NCBI GenBank assembly: GCA_038087875.1
Contig: CM075989.1
Location: forward strand, 20,710,001-20,774,000
Length of the DNA: 64,000 nt
Direction of reading: 5' to 3'
From: Malacoraja senta
Taxonomy: Eukaryota
Shown piece by piece: positions 36,167-50,435 of this stretch; position 1 is the first letter of the stretch; each line of letters starts with the position of its first letter. The notes below the pieces were generated by a model. It was given only the letters and a program-made list of their open reading frames with translations, was not told where the DNA came from and searched no databases. Made by a program: the position numbers and the translations under genes.

Positions 36167-37577
36167 TAGGAAAGTACGCATTTCTAGCATTAATAACATA
36201 TCCGGAAGTTACGGATGTCCTCCAGATGGATTGAGCGGCCCCGTGCGTCAAGCCCTGTGACCCGGTGACCTTACGTGCAACCCCCCTATTATCAGGCAAT
36301 TGAACTGTCCTCTCACCAGCTAGAGAGGAGTCTCTCCTATCTAACTCATTGGAGAACTTGGAACTATCTTCAATCGGACTTTATCTTGCACTCAAGTTGT
36401 TGTGCCCATTATCCTTTAGCTGTTGACTGTGGATGGCTTGATTGCAATCATGTATCGTCTTTTCTTTGACCAGATAGCACACAAAAGTCTTTCACTGTAC
36501 CTCGGTACACATGACAATAATAAACAAAACGGAAAGAAACTAAAACTGGAAGCATGCAACAAATCAAAATACCAGAAAATATTTAGAAATATACATAGAT
36601 ACATAGATACATAGAAAATAGGTGCAGGAGTAGGCCATACGGTCTAGGCTGATCATCCAACTCAGTATCCCGTACCTGCCTTCTCTCCATACCCCCTGAT
36701 CCCTTTAGCCACAAGGGCCACATCTAACTCCCTCTTAAATATAGCCAATGAACTGGCCTCAACTACCCTCTGTGGCAGAGAGTTCCAGAGATTCACCACT
36801 AAAAAATATAACCAGTAACAAGAGGTTTAAGAAAGAACTGCAGATGCGGGAAAAATCGAAGGTAGATAAAAATGCTGGAGAAACCCAGCGGGTGAGGCAG
36901 CATCTATGGAGCGAAGGAATAGGTGATGTTTTGGGTCGAGACCCTTCTTCAGACTGATGTGGGTGACCAGAGGGATGAGTTTTAGCCACATGTAAGTGTG
37001 AATGTTTGAATCCTTCTTTTTAAAAAAAATTATTTTTATTAGAAGCGTAAACACATAATAACAACACGGTTTGTTGATCAATTACATTCATACAAAGCTT
37101 CTGTTCTTTTTTTTAGAATTTTTTTAAAGATAGAACTGAAAAGAAAAGTCTATAAACGAATAGAGAGGGAGGGAAAAAAACAACAACAAAAAAAGAAGAA
37201 AAACAAACAAAAAATATTACCAATAACAATTTGGAGATAGCTCCGTAGATTATAAGGCGTAGTTATTCATCCAATCCTGAGCTCAGGTTTCAGTCCATGT
37301 TTGATTCCTTCTGTAACAGGACGGGACAACATACAGCTAGTGTACGGGTGATCCATGGTTGGCATGGACTCGGAGGGCCAAAGGGTTTGTATCCATGCCA
37401 AACTACTGAACTAAACTAAACTAGAAGTACATCAAAGGTACACAAAATGCTGGAGAAAACCACAGTGGGTGCAGCAGCATCTATGGAGCAAAGGAAAGCG
37501 AAATAAAAAGAAGTACATCAATCAGTTTGAACCAGTGTAAGATGACCTTTCCTGCAGTGGTTCTCACTCCAATCAGT

Positions 37578-37605
37578 CTGAGGAAGGGTTCGGACCCGAA
37601 ACGTC
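37578..37605 (+). ncRNA. Minimal hammerhead core with 3-bp stem I
   Basis: AGU-CUGAGGA-A-GGGUU-CG-GACCC-GAAA-CG-UC-ACU. Confidence 0.55.
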
Positions 37606-40180
37606 ACTTATTTCTCCAGACCCACTGCCTGACCCACTGAGTTACTCCAGCATCTTTTTTTAATTACATTTAAAACATTTTGCCTCGAGTTTCCTGTGAT
37701 TCCCATTAAACCAGCCCTTACTGTGAACAGATTTACTGGCAAAAATGTCTTATTAAAGCCACCTCCAGTCCAATTAGCGAGATGCTGCACGCACGGCGCA
37801 ACATTTGTGATTGTGAATGGCACAAAGAATTGTTTTGAGAACCAGTGAACCAAATCTCCAGGCTGTGGCCAGCGCTACTATTGTTCAGGAAGCCCAGAAA
37901 ACATTCACAAATATTCACACATTTTTAAACATGATTTCACATAATTGAAGTTGTAAGTTTTAAAAATGTAGATAAAATTGAATGATTAATAACAGAAGAA
38001 AGTGGGAACCAGCATGGGGGGTCGAGAACAAAGAGGGATCATTGGGGACTACATTGAACACTTTGTACCTTTGTCATCGCCCTTCATGTGGCAACCCTTT
38101 GCATACCTTGTGTATAGTGTGCAATACAAAGAATTTCACCGTGAACATGTCCCATGTGATAATAAAATATTCGTCAATCGTTCAATCAATAATTAATTGA
38201 TTAAAAACAAAACTCAGCTTAAAATTTAACATGAAGATAGACACAAAAAGCTGGAGTAACTTAGCGGGACAGGCAGCATCTCTGGAGAGAAGGAATAGGT
38301 GACATTTTGGGACGAGACCCTTCTTCAGACTGAAAATGTAACATCTTTCCTTTTCATACCCTGTCCACTGAAGTGAATGTATATATAAATATAAGAGGCA
38401 TAGATAGGGTGGACATTCAGAACCTTTTTCCCAGGGTGGGAATGTCCTACTCTAGAGGGCGTAGCTATGAGGTGAGACGGGCCAAGTTTAATGGAGATGT
38501 ACGGGGCAAGTTTTCTACACAGAGAGTGTTGGGGGCCTGGAACGCGTTGCCAGGGGTGGTGGTGGAGGCAGATATGATAGTGGCTTTTTAAAGGGCTTTT
38601 AGATAGGCACATGGAAGTGCAGGGAATAGTGGGATATAGATCATGTACAGGCAGATGAGGGTACTGATTGTGGATGATCAGCCATGATCACATTGAATGG
38701 CGGTGCTGGCTCCAAGGGCCGAATGGCCTACTCCTGCACCTATTGTCTATTGTCTATTGTCTATCAGTTTAATGTGACCCACACCACCCTGGCCATGCTC
38801 TCATCTCACTGCTACCATCGGGAGGAAGGTACAGGAGCCTGAAAAACATGACCACTAGGTTCAAGAACAGCTTCTTCCCTGCAGCCATCCAGCTCTTGAA
38901 CGCTGCACAACACTAACCTCAGCATCTACGATATTCTATAGACTGTGTTTTTGGTTGCACTACGGACTTTGGTCTTTCATATTTTGGTTACCTTATATTA
39001 AAGTTATTCATTTAAAGTATCATTGATGACTATATATTTATCTCTGTGTTATTGCATTAATGGCCCTGTAAGGCTGCAGCGAGTAAGAATTCATTGTTCT
39101 ATTGTCAGTACATATGACAGTGAAACACACAGAGTGCTGGAGTAACTCAGCGAGTCAGGCAGCATATCTGGAGAACACGGACAGGTGACGTTTCAGGTCG
39201 GGACTCTTCTTTAGCCTCAATAAGTGTCCCGACACGAATCATCACCTATTCACATTCGCCTGACTCGCTGAGTTACTCCAGGACTTTTCTTTTTGTAAAC
39301 CAGCATCTGCAGTTCCTTGAGTCTACAATTAAACACTCTCGACTCTTGGCTTAAGTACACTGAAAACAAGTCAGTGGCAGTCATAAGATCTTCTTGACAC
39401 TCAAGGCCGCATTCCAAAAAGCAAATAAAGGATTAAGAATTGGGCTGCCTCCTATGTCAACCCCTCTATCCCCATCTTATTAAGCTATAGGCTGCAGCCC
39501 ACTTTATGGTTGGTCCAAGACAATGCTGACATAACAGATGCTAAATTCACTGCATGGAAATATAAAAATATTTGTGTGCCCTATCGTTATAAAGTTTCTG
39601 TTTCCTCCTCTGTGAAGTTTTAACACGTTAAAACTAGGAGGATCTTTCTACTAATGAACAGCCTGTTAATGCCAAGTCAATTTCATAAATTGCATTCAGT
39701 GCATTTGAGTAATGGCAGAGTGTATTGGAAAATTGATTATCTTAATGTTGTTTAAAGTGGGCTTAATTAAGTTTAAGTAACTTTTCAAAGCCAGACTATG
39801 AACCTCTTCCAGGCTAACTGGGTGAATGCGTGGTGTGGTATGAGGTTTGTGCAGTTGGAAGGGTTCAAGGTTGACTTCCTGCTCTGTCTTCAGACAGCCA
39901 AGTTCAATCAAGGCAGAGCACCTCACTCTTGTAACTGAGGTGAAATGGTAAAATAGACATATATGTGTGTGTGAGGGGGGGGGGGGAGATGTGTTTGGCT
40001 TCGCTCTCAAGTACTCGACAGATATGTGGATAGGAAGGGCTGAGAGGGTGTGGGTCAAACACAGGCGAATGGAACTTGCCCAGAATGCCAACTTGGTCGT
40101 CATGGATCAGTTGGGCTCGAGTTGGGGCCATCAGTTGTTCCCATGTTGTATTGCTCTATGACTCTCTATATAACTCTACA

Positions 40181-40482
40181 GGGCAGCACGGTGGTGCAGC
40201 GGTAGAGTTGCTGCCTTGCAGCGCCAGAGACCCAGGCTTGATCCTGACTACTGGTGCTGTCTATGTGGAGTTTGTACGTTCTCCCCGTGACCTGCGTGGG
40301 GTTTTCTCCGGGAAGCTCCGGTTTCCTCTCACACTCCAAAGACGTACAGGTCTGTAGGCTAATTGGCTTGGTATAGATGTAAATTGTGTGTAGGGTAGCG
40401 TTAGTGTGTGGGGATCGCTGGTCGGTGGGCCGAAGGGCCGGTTTCCACGTTGTATCTCTAAACTAAGCAAAACTAAACTGAC
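40181..40482 (+). mobile_element. V-SINE, full length
   Basis: A/B boxes, V core, tail. Confidence 0.85.
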
Positions 40483-41040
40483 TGACTCCATCTTTGTACA
40501 AGCCGGAGGTGGGGCATATTAGCCGCGGCGGTGAGGCCCAGTGTCACTGCAAAGTTTCCCACCCACAGGTCAGTCACATTGGTGGAACAAAACGAGGAAA
40601 GGGGAACGGGAAATAGATGGTACTTAGGACAAATGGAGAAAGTATTGACACTGGATTTAACCACATGCTGGACTCAACCAGCTTCAGCGCTGGAAAACAT
40701 GCTGATAGTTTTGACATTTGCGGAATTTTTTTAATTGGGCAACAATTCAGTGATGCCCAGGATCATGGAATAAGGAAATAATTTGAGATTGAGCACAAAG
40801 CTGAGAAGTAAAAGTACACAAAGAGCTGGAGTAACTCAGCGGGTCAGGCAGCATCTCTGGAGAAGAAGGATGGGTGTCAGGTTGGGACACTTCTTCAGAC
40901 TCGATACATCACCCACCTGTATCTCTGAACTACAAAACTGAACTCCTCAGCCTCCTCAGGCTAATGTAATTGTGTTCACGTTGCAAGCGGGTTAAACCTG
41001 AGTAAATCAGCTATTGTTAGCTGATACCCTGAGGCAGACT

Positions 41041-41185
41041 AAATGTGTAGGAAGGAACTGCAGGTGCTGGTTTAAACTGAAGGACTCAGCGGGACAGGCA
41101 GAAGGGTCACGATCCGAAACGTCACCCGTTCCTCCTCTCCAGAGATGCTGCCTGTCCCGCTGAGTTGCTCCAACATTTCTGTGTC
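41041..41185 (-). mobile_element. PLE-derived inverted-arm element with 16-bp TSD
   Basis: TACCCTGAGGCAGACT at 41025-41040 and 41186-41201. Confidence 0.75.
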
Positions 41186-41601
41186 TACCCTGAGGCAGAC
41201 TCTTGTGCTCCAACCTGGAGCTCCCTGCAAACCGTGGTCAGCATCATCTCCAGAACTCTGCAACCCTCATCTGCCACCCTGTAGATCCATCCTACTCCTT
41301 AGATCCGGTGAGAATCTGCCATCACAAGTAAATGGGGATGATTCCGATCAATCCTAGTTTATCGATGTATGATAATCTCTTATTAATGTACCGACTGCAC
41401 CTGATATGGTCTGAATTGTGCATCAGTTCAGGCACCTTCTGTTTACTTCCAACCTCTACCACTGGAGTATCTGCAAGAACCGGGATTGTAGTAAACACTC
41501 TACTGTGCATTGACAAGGAATGCCTGTTTGTTGGCTTTGTTCTGTGTTGGACGGTAAGATCTACATTCAGCCACAAAGGATGTAATTGTACAGCTTAGAG
41601 A

Positions 41602-41835
41602 TCACACGCACACACAGAAACACACACATGCATACATACAGAAACACACAGAGATAGAAACACACACACACACTCCCACACACACCCACATACATGCCGT
41701 AACAACCACACACACACACACGCGCGCGCGCGCACACACACAGATAGAAACACACACAGACAGAAATACACACACACACACACACAGATAGAAACACACA
41801 CAGACAGAAATACACACACACACACACACAGATAG

Positions 41836-41877
<42 letters not shown>

Positions 41878-41977
41878 ACACACACACACAGAAATACACA
41901 CACACACACACACACACACAGAAATACACACACACACACACAGAAATACACACACACACACACACACACACAGAGAA

Positions 41978-42012
<35 letters not shown>

Positions 42013-42119
42013 TACACACACACACACACACAGAAATACACACACACACACAGAGAAATACACACACACAGAAATACACACACACACACACACACAGATA
42101 GAAACACACACAGACAGAA

Positions 42120-42195
<76 letters not shown>

Positions 42196-42211
42196 ACACA
42201 CACACACAGAA

Positions 42212-42246
<35 letters not shown>

Positions 42247-42267
42247 TACACACACACACACACAGAA

Positions 42268-42336
<69 letters not shown>

Positions 42337-42644
42337 TACACACACACACACACAGAAATACACACACACACACAGAGAAATACACACACACAGAAATACA
42401 CACACACACACACACACAGACGCAGACACACAGACGCAGACACACACACACACACACAGACACACACACACACACACAGACGCAGACACACACACGCAGA
42501 CACACACACAGACACACACACACACACACACACACACAGACGCAGACACACACACACACACACAGACACACACACACACACACAGACGCAGACACACACA
42601 CGCAGACACACACACACACACACAGACGCAGACACACAGACGCA

Positions 42645-42686
<42 letters not shown>

Positions 42687-42703
42687 GACACAGACACACA
42701 CAC
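41602..42703. repeat. Compound (CA)n microsatellite, ~1.1 kb
   Basis: (CA)n runs punctuated by GAAATA, GATAGAAA and GACGCAGA; includes a short (CG)n run at ~41721. Confidence 0.98.
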
Positions 42704-43396
42704 TCGTTCCCCATCAGGCCTATCACTTGGGAGTAATGTCCGTTTGAGGTTCATTAAAGATGTAGAAACATGGAAATGCAGATGGTGATTAGCACACAAA
42801 AGGACACAAAGTGCGGAGTACCTCATCAGATCAGACAGCATTCAGGAGAGCATGGATAGATGATGTTTTGGGCTTTCATTGGACATTGTCAATGGAACTG
42901 ATGCGTTACTGTTGTGAGAAAGCAGCCGACATAATCATGGACCTTTTTCATCCTGATCTCTCTCTCCCATTGGACAGAAGATACCTAAACTTGCAAGTAT
43001 GTGTCATCGGATTCAGGAGCAGCTTCTGATGAAACGCCAGCAAATGCAATAAGTTGCAAGAGGTGAGGTTCTACAAATAAGAAATTAATAGTAAATCAGT
43101 TGATCTATTTTTGTTAATGTTTTTGTGAAAAGAATGACAATGGCTTCTCGATCTCCATGGACTTCAAGTAAAGTCTTGAGTCTTTAGATTGAGGCCTTAT
43201 CCATCTGTTTATGATGTCATTGTCCATTTAAGAGTTGAGACCTGCCATGGGCAACGTGCTAATGTACCAGTCTAGATGGCGTGCATGATTTTATAATAGG
43301 GCATCAATTTACAGCCAATAGGTCAAATTATTGTGGAAAGGACTGCTTGCCCATTAAGTATCCCAGCTAGATTTGTGGGTATTGCATAGAAGTGTA

Positions 43397-43627
43397 ACAA
43401 TAGACAATAGACAATAGACAATAGGTGCAGGACAATAGGCCATTCGGCCCTTCGAGCCAGCACCGCCATTCAATGTGATCATGGCTGATCATCCCCAATC
43501 TGTACCCCGTTCCTGCCTTCTCCCCATATCCCCTGACTCCGCTATTATTAAGAGCCCTATCTAGCTCTCTCTTGAAAGCATCCAGAGAACCTGCCTCCAC
43601 CGCCCTCTGAGGCAGAGAATTCCACAG
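43397..43627 (-). mobile_element. CR1 3' fragment nearly identical to 136-449
   Basis: LWNSLPQRAVEAGSLDAFKRELD; (CTATTGT)n tail. Confidence 0.85.
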
Positions 43628-44992
43628 TCTGTTTGGACAACAGTTTGGACAAATATACAAATAGGAAGGGATTTAGATGTATATGGGCCAAATGCAGGTA
43701 AATGGGCCAAGCCTAGTATGCCAAACTTGGTCAGCATGGACAAGGTGGGCTGAAGGGCCTGTTTCCGTGGTATGAAGCTCTATTCACCCACCCATCTGTA
43801 ACTGTTGCAGAAATTTGCACCAACCTAAATCAAACCCATTTAAGTTTTAAGGAAATGTTATTGAAATTTATGTTAACTGTTGGCCTGGACATCCACTTCT
43901 CCCATGTATTTTTAAGGTTTATTATCTAGCGTTCCATCTTCTAACTGCCAATAAACCACAGGATTTAAATGGAAGCAAATCCCTGAGCTGCGGGATATTT
44001 AGAACCTTTCAATGTTAATCTTCCCCCATTTCATCACTTTGAGCAAGGTTTGCAAAGTTCACTGCACTTGACAGAATTACTTTATTCTTTGTAAAACTGG
44101 GCCTGTTGACCTTGAATTGGCAGGGGTCAGCAATATATTTAACTATGCAGCTGACCCAGGGATAAATGCATTAACATTGCAATCTCTCTTATAAACGCTG
44201 ATGGACTTAGTCATCCAAAAACTGACTGCTTGACAATTGATCTCTGATGAAGTGAAAGGTCATGAGGCCAAAATCTCTGATTGTGGTCTAGTGACCTTTC
44301 ACTTTGAACTTTGTTAATTGAACCATTAGCTATTCCTGGGCAACCCCCATGTCAATTAGTGGCAGGCACACCTGATTACAGTTGAAATAAAAACCGCAGC
44401 AGTTAGTAACGTTGGCCTGCCAATGTTGATGAGCTACAATAAAAAGATTTTCATCGATCATGTCTTCCAGAAGTTGAGAATAACTCTTCGTCAGATTTGG
44501 CTTTTTAATTGGCATTTACTAGAAGCTATGAATGGAGAATGAAATACATAAAGTGTTGGAGAAACTCAACGGGCCAGGCAGCATCTCTGGAGGACACGGA
44601 TAGGTGACGTTTCAGGTCGTGGCCCTTCTTCAGACTGTCTTTTCATTTTGTAAAGCAGCATCTGCAGTTCTTTGTTTCTACACCATAAATTGAGTGTGTG
44701 CCACAAAATTGTTGGAACATTTTTAATTTCTTCAATGATCTGCATCTTGAAAACAAGAAAATCCTCCACTTGGCCCATCGTCTACTCCACCATTCAATCA
44801 TGGCTGATCTATCTTTCCCTCTCAACCCCATTCTCCTGCCATTTATAGATATATAGGGGGCAATCCTATGGACAATGGCATCATAGAGTCATACAGCAGG
44901 AAACAGGCTCCTTGGCTCAACTCATTCATGGCGATCAAGATGCCCCATCTAAGCTGGTCCCATTTGCCTACTCCTGGGTCATATCACTCTAA

Positions 44993-45315
44993 AAGCCCTG
45001 TCCCACGGTACGAGTTCATTCCAAGAGTTCTCCCGAGTTTACCCTGATTCGAACTCGGAGATTTACGGCAATGGCCACTCTTCGGTACTCGGGGCTCTTG
45101 TGGACATTTTTCATCATGTTGAAAAATCTTCACGAGTCTTCCCGTGCTTACCTGCCGTTAGCGAGTCTTCCCGCGCTTACCTGCCGTTAGCGCTAAGAAA
45201 CGTCCCCGAACTCCGACGTACCCGCTATGTTCATTCTCCGTGCTTACCATGAGTTTGATTATTTTTTTAACTCGGGAGAGCTCTTGGAATGAACTCGTAC
45301 CGTGGGACTGGGCTA
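44993..45315. mobile_element. PIF/Harbinger-type MITE
   Basis: TIRs AAGCCCTGTCCCACGGTACGAGTTCATTCCAAGAG...; TAA TSD; splits a CR1 3' fragment. Confidence 0.85.
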
Positions 45316-45679
45316 TAAATCTTTCCTAGTGATGTACCTGTCCAAATGTCCTTTAAATGTGGTTATTGTCACAGTCTCAACTACTTCCTCTGGCAGTTAA
45401 TTCCATATAGCCTGTGGAAACGGGTTGCCCCTCAGGTTCCTATTAAACCTTTCCCCTCTCACTTTAAACCAGGTGCTTGGTTTCGCTACCCTGGGAAAAG
45501 TGTGGAATACTTCAGAATGTGTGATTTTGGAACTGCACCTTCCAACGCTGCTTCAAAATCATACAAATGAGCAATTTAACAAAACTCAATTGCTAGGTTT
45601 TCCTTTGTCATTAGAAGTTGCTGGAAAGCATCTTATCGTGTTTCAAATGAGCATATTTTAACTTCATTTTTGGGGGTAG

Positions 45680-46030
45680 AGTCACAGAGTGATACAGTGT
45701 GGAAACAGGCCCTTTGGCCCAACTTATCCACACCAGCCAACATGTCCCAGCTACACTAGTTTCACCTGCCTGCGCGTGGTCAATATCCCTCCCAACTTGT
45801 CCTATCCATGTACCTGTCTAAATGTTTCTTAAACATTGGGATAGCCCCAGCCTCAACCACCTCCTCTGGCAGCTTGCTCCATACACCCACCACCCTTTGT
45901 GTGAAAAAGTTACCCCTCGGATTCCTATTAAATCTTTTCCCCTTCACCTTGAACATATGTCCTCTGGTCCTCGATTCCCCTACTCTGGGCAAGAGATTCT
46001 GTGCATCTACCCGATCTATTCCTCTCATGG
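45680..46030 (-). mobile_element. CR1 3' fragment whose 3' end matches the V-SINE tail
   Basis: MRGIDRVD...GESRTRGH...FFTQRVV; ends GGGCCAAAGGGCCTGTTTCCACACTGTA as in the SINE. Confidence 0.85.
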
Positions 46031-48819
46031 GTGTCGTGAGATAACTTCATATTAAAGAGGGTGGTAAGGCTGAGGGGGGCTATGAAGATGGAGGTGAGCA
46101 CAGCTGAGGAGGATTCAGATAGAGGGATGAGTCAGGCTGAGACTCAGGTAGACTGAGAGCCATTGGAGGTCAGTTGGCAGAGTTGCTGCTCATCCCTCAT
46201 CAAGGAGTCCAAAATTATCATCATTAGCGTGTAAAATTATGAGAGTCATAGACAGGGTAGACAGTCAGAACCTTTTTCCCCAGGGTGGAAATCTCCAACA
46301 CTAGAGGGCGTAGCTATCAGGTGAGAGGGATACAGGTGTGATAAGCATAGAAGTGGTATGAATTGTGAAGCCGGATGAAGGAAAACCCGCACGATCACAG
46401 GGAGAATGTAGAAACTGTACAGTCAGCACCCGTAGCCAGGATCGAACCTGTGTCTCTGGCGCTGTGAGGCAGCAACTCTACCGCTGTGCTGCCGTGACGC
46501 CCTGTCAGCCCTGGCACATGAACTATTGTTTCTTTGCATGACCTGTATGACCACGCATGTAGATTCTAAACAGCTCCATGAGTGCACGACACGAGAATTG
46601 AATATTACATTACTTTGAAGTAAAGCAATATTTGCGATCCTCGCCTGGAATTGCATCCGACGTGTCCGTTTGCAGTGCTGATAGACTTTTACATGCGCAG
46701 ATAACTTGCAGCTTGAGTTACTTTAGGAGTTACTTGAATCCAAGCCTAAGGAATGTGTTGGATCAGTTTTGCAAATATTCGTTACCACAAAATGTGATTT
46801 CAGATAATCTAATGAGGCAAAGGGTTGCTGGTATAATTATCAAGGAGTCATAGTCTTCCAGCGTGGAAACAGGCCCTTCAGCCCAACTTGCCTACACTGG
46901 ACAACATGTCCCATCTACACTAGTCGCACCCGCCCGCGTTTGCTCCACATCACTCTAAACCTGTCCTATCCACAACAGGTGCGAGTAAGGAATGTCATTC
47001 TACCGTGGTATATATGACAATAAATTAATCTGAATTTAGAAAACATTTATCCCTTAAATAAATCACTCAAATAAATATTATCTGTTCAGCATCACATCAC
47101 TGTTGGTGAATATTTGCTCTCATGTTCCCTGCATTAACACAATGATTATATTTCAAATCTCTTTTCAAGTAAGGTGACAAAAGTCACAAGCAATAGGACA
47201 TTTTCACCGTCACAGCCTGGTTCAATAAGTCGAACGCCCAGGCAGTGGTACGCAGTGGGAGAGCGGTAGACACTGCCCGGTCTATCGCAGGTACTGACCT
47301 CCCCACCATTGAAGGGATCTCCAGAAAATGCTGCCTCAAAACGGCAGCCGACATCATCAAAGACTCACATTTCGCTTCTACCATCGGGATGAAGGTACAA
47401 GGGCCTGAAGTCCGTGATCAAAAGGTTCAAGAACAGATTCTTCCCAGCAACCATTAAGCTCTTGATGCCATCAATCACCGGGTGGCACGGCGGCACAGCG
47501 GTAAAGCACCAGGGTCCCAGGTTCGATCCTGACTACGGGTGCTGTCTGTACGGAGTTTGTACGTTCTCCCCGTGACCTGCGTGGGTTTTCTCCGGGATCA
47601 CAGAGAAATGGAGTCACACAGCACAGAAACAAGCCCTTCGGCCCAATTCATCCATGCTGACCAAGATGCCCCATTTAGGTCACGCCCCTTGGCCCGTGTT
47701 TGGTCTATATCCCTCTAAACCTCTCCAAGTGTCTTTTAAATGCTGTCGTTATGTAATGTCGTACCTTCCTCAGGTTTCTACCCTTTATCCTTTCATAAGT
47801 TCATGTTCGAGGAGCAGAATGAAGCCATTCGGCCCATCAAGTCTACTCCGCCATTCAATCATGGCTGATCTATCTCTCAACCCCATTCTCCTGCCTCCGC
47901 CCCATAAACCCATTATCTGTACACTCTGGCCTGCTTGATTGTATTCATGTATTGTCTTTTCTTCGACTGGACAAATAAAGGCCTATCACTGTACCTCGGT
48001 ACGCGCGACATTAATAAACTAAACTAAACTAAACTCAGCTCAAATAGCTCCTCTGGCAGCTCGCTCCATTTACCCACCCAACCTCTGTATGAAAATATTA
48101 CCCCTCAGGTTTTACTAATATCTTTCCCCTCTCACCTTAAACCTCTGTCCTCTTGTTCTTGATTCCCCTACGCTGGGCAAAATACTTTGTGCATTCACAC
48201 TCAATGTCTCTTTGAATATAATACCACTGGCGCAAGATACATTAAGAACATATGACATGTTTCAAAACCATAACTCAGCATTTAAAAAGTTCCATTAAGC
48301 ACTGTTAAACTAAATTAATCTTTACAAGAGATGAAGGCCATTTCCTCTCCTCTTTGCATGCTGCTATTGATTTTGATTTGTGAGATATATTAAGGTTTGT
48401 AACATAATTTGGTTATTATAACATGCAGTAACTCAGCTGTCATGCTCATAAAATGATCCAATCATCACTGTTAATTAGAGGCCTAGTCCTGGTTGCAACA
48501 GCCCTGTCGTTTTGCGTCAACCACACTGAACTTAACGAGTCTAAGACAAGATCAGGGAATGGGTCAGTTGCTTTAATAGAATTCAATTATTCACGGAAAG
48601 AAACTAAAATAGGAACCAGCACAGATGATATCGCAGCCACTAAACCCTGAGATTGTTTGGATAGTTTCAACGGAGCACAAAGGAGCTGGCCATTATGATG
48701 AGCAGACTCCCAGATGGAAAAGCCCCTCGAGTAGATTACTCTGTTTCATATGGCTTAGAAAAGCTGGGATCATCGGATAAGGCAACTGATTAGATTGATG
48801 ACTGGGCAGTAAAGAAGTG

Positions 48820-49135
48820 GGGCGGCACTTCTGTGGCATGGCGGTAGAGTTGCTGCCTTACAGCACTTGCAGCGCCGGAGACTCGTGTTCGATCCCAACT
48901 ACGGGTGCTGTCTGTACGGAGTTTGTACGTTCTCCCCGTGATCTCCGAGATCTTTGGTTTCGTCCCACACTTCAAAGACGTGCAGGTTTGAAGGTTAATT
49001 GGCTTGGTATCAGTTTAAATTGTCCCCAGTGTGTGTAGGATAGCGTTAATGCGCGGGGATCGTTGGCCGGTGTGGACTCGGTGGGCCGAAGGGCCTGTGT
49101 CCGCGCTGTATCTCTAAAATTAAAACTAAAAAACT
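48820..49135 (+). mobile_element. V-SINE, full length
   Basis: A/B boxes, V core, tail. Confidence 0.85.
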
Positions 49136-49738
49136 GAAAACAAAAGCCCATTATTGTGCGTGTGCCAGCGTTTGCTTGATATTTTGCAATAACACAATGT
49201 GAAACAAATGGGCGAAACTTTGATTCATTTTACGCCATTTTGTATCTATCTATACACTGTAAATGGCTCGATTGGTGTTGATCAGTCTGAAGAAGTGTCT
49301 TGACCCGATACGTCACCCATTCCTTCGCTCCAGAGATGCTGCCTGCCCCGCTGAGTTACTCCAGTATTTTGTGTTTATCTTCGGTTTAAACCAGCACCTG
49401 CAGTTCCTTCCTACACATGTATTGTCTTTCCGCTGTCTGGTTAGCACGCAACAAAAGCTTTTCACTGCACCTCGGTACACGTGACAATAAACTAAACTGA
49501 AGACTTTGTTCCATGCCTTTGGGTAGGCTCTAATTTTGAGCAGTCAAATTTAAAACCTCCAGTTTTGTTAAATATAATGGTCATGTGGTCTGGAGAATAT
49601 CAATGTAGATGCAAGCAACATGGACAGGAGTGAACAAAATGTAAGAAAGAACTGCAGATGCTGGTTTAAATTGAAGGTAGACACAAAATGCTGGAGTTTC
49701 AGCGGGTGAGGCAGCATCTCTGGAGAGAAGGAATGGGC

Positions 49739-49766
49739 GACGTTTCGGGTCGAGACCCTTCTTCAG
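49739..49766 (-). ncRNA. Minimal hammerhead core, consensus copy (element ~49640-49770)
   Basis: Minus strand reads CUGAAGA-A-GGGUC-UC-GACCC-GAAA-CG-UC. Confidence 0.6.
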
Positions 49767-50123
49767 ACTGAGTAAGCTGTTTTGACTCTTCACATTCAGT
49801 AGGCACCTAGTTCCTGATCTCCTTATCTCCCACATTCACATATTGTCCACATATTCCTTATTCCGTTATTAACCAAATCATCTCCCTATCTACTTGAACA
49901 CGCTTAATGACTCGAATCGCCAAGGCATAGAAGGCTGGTAAATGGGACTAGTCCAGGTGGTCGGCATGGATTGGATGGGCAGAAGGGACTGCCTCCTTGC
50001 TCTATGATTCCAGGTTTATGGCCTGGACAATCTCTGGCGAGGGAATTCTAATCGCTCACAGTACTTGGAGTGAAAACGATGCTCAATATCTCACCCTAAT
50101 GTAACTGGCTCCTTATTTCTTAT

Positions 50124-50435
50124 GTAGACAAAAGTGCTGGAGAAACTCAGCGGGTGCAGCAGCATCTATGGAGCAAAGGAAATGGGCAACGTTTCAGGCC
50201 GAAACCCTTCTTCAGACTGATGGAGGGTGGGGGAGGGGGGTGGGCGGGGAGAAGAAAGGAAAAAGGAAGAGGAGGAGCCCGAGGGCTGAGGGAGAGCTGA
50301 GAAGGGGAGGGGACAACAAGGGCTACCTATTTCGTTGCCTATTTCCTTCGCTCCATAGATGCTGCTGCACCCGCTGAGTTTCTCCAGCACTTTTGTCTAC
50401 CTTTGATTTTCCAGCATCTGCAGTTCCTTCTTAAA
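50124..50435 (+). mobile_element. Longer member of the same PLE-derived subfamily, retaining an antisense hammerhead core at ~50178-50216
   Basis: Inverted arms with a purine-rich spacer; flanking duplication CTCCTTATTT..TAT. Confidence 0.75.

Noticed and set aside
41567..42841. VC-repeat ORFs of 368-424 aa
   Set aside because: Artefact of the (TG)n microsatellite.
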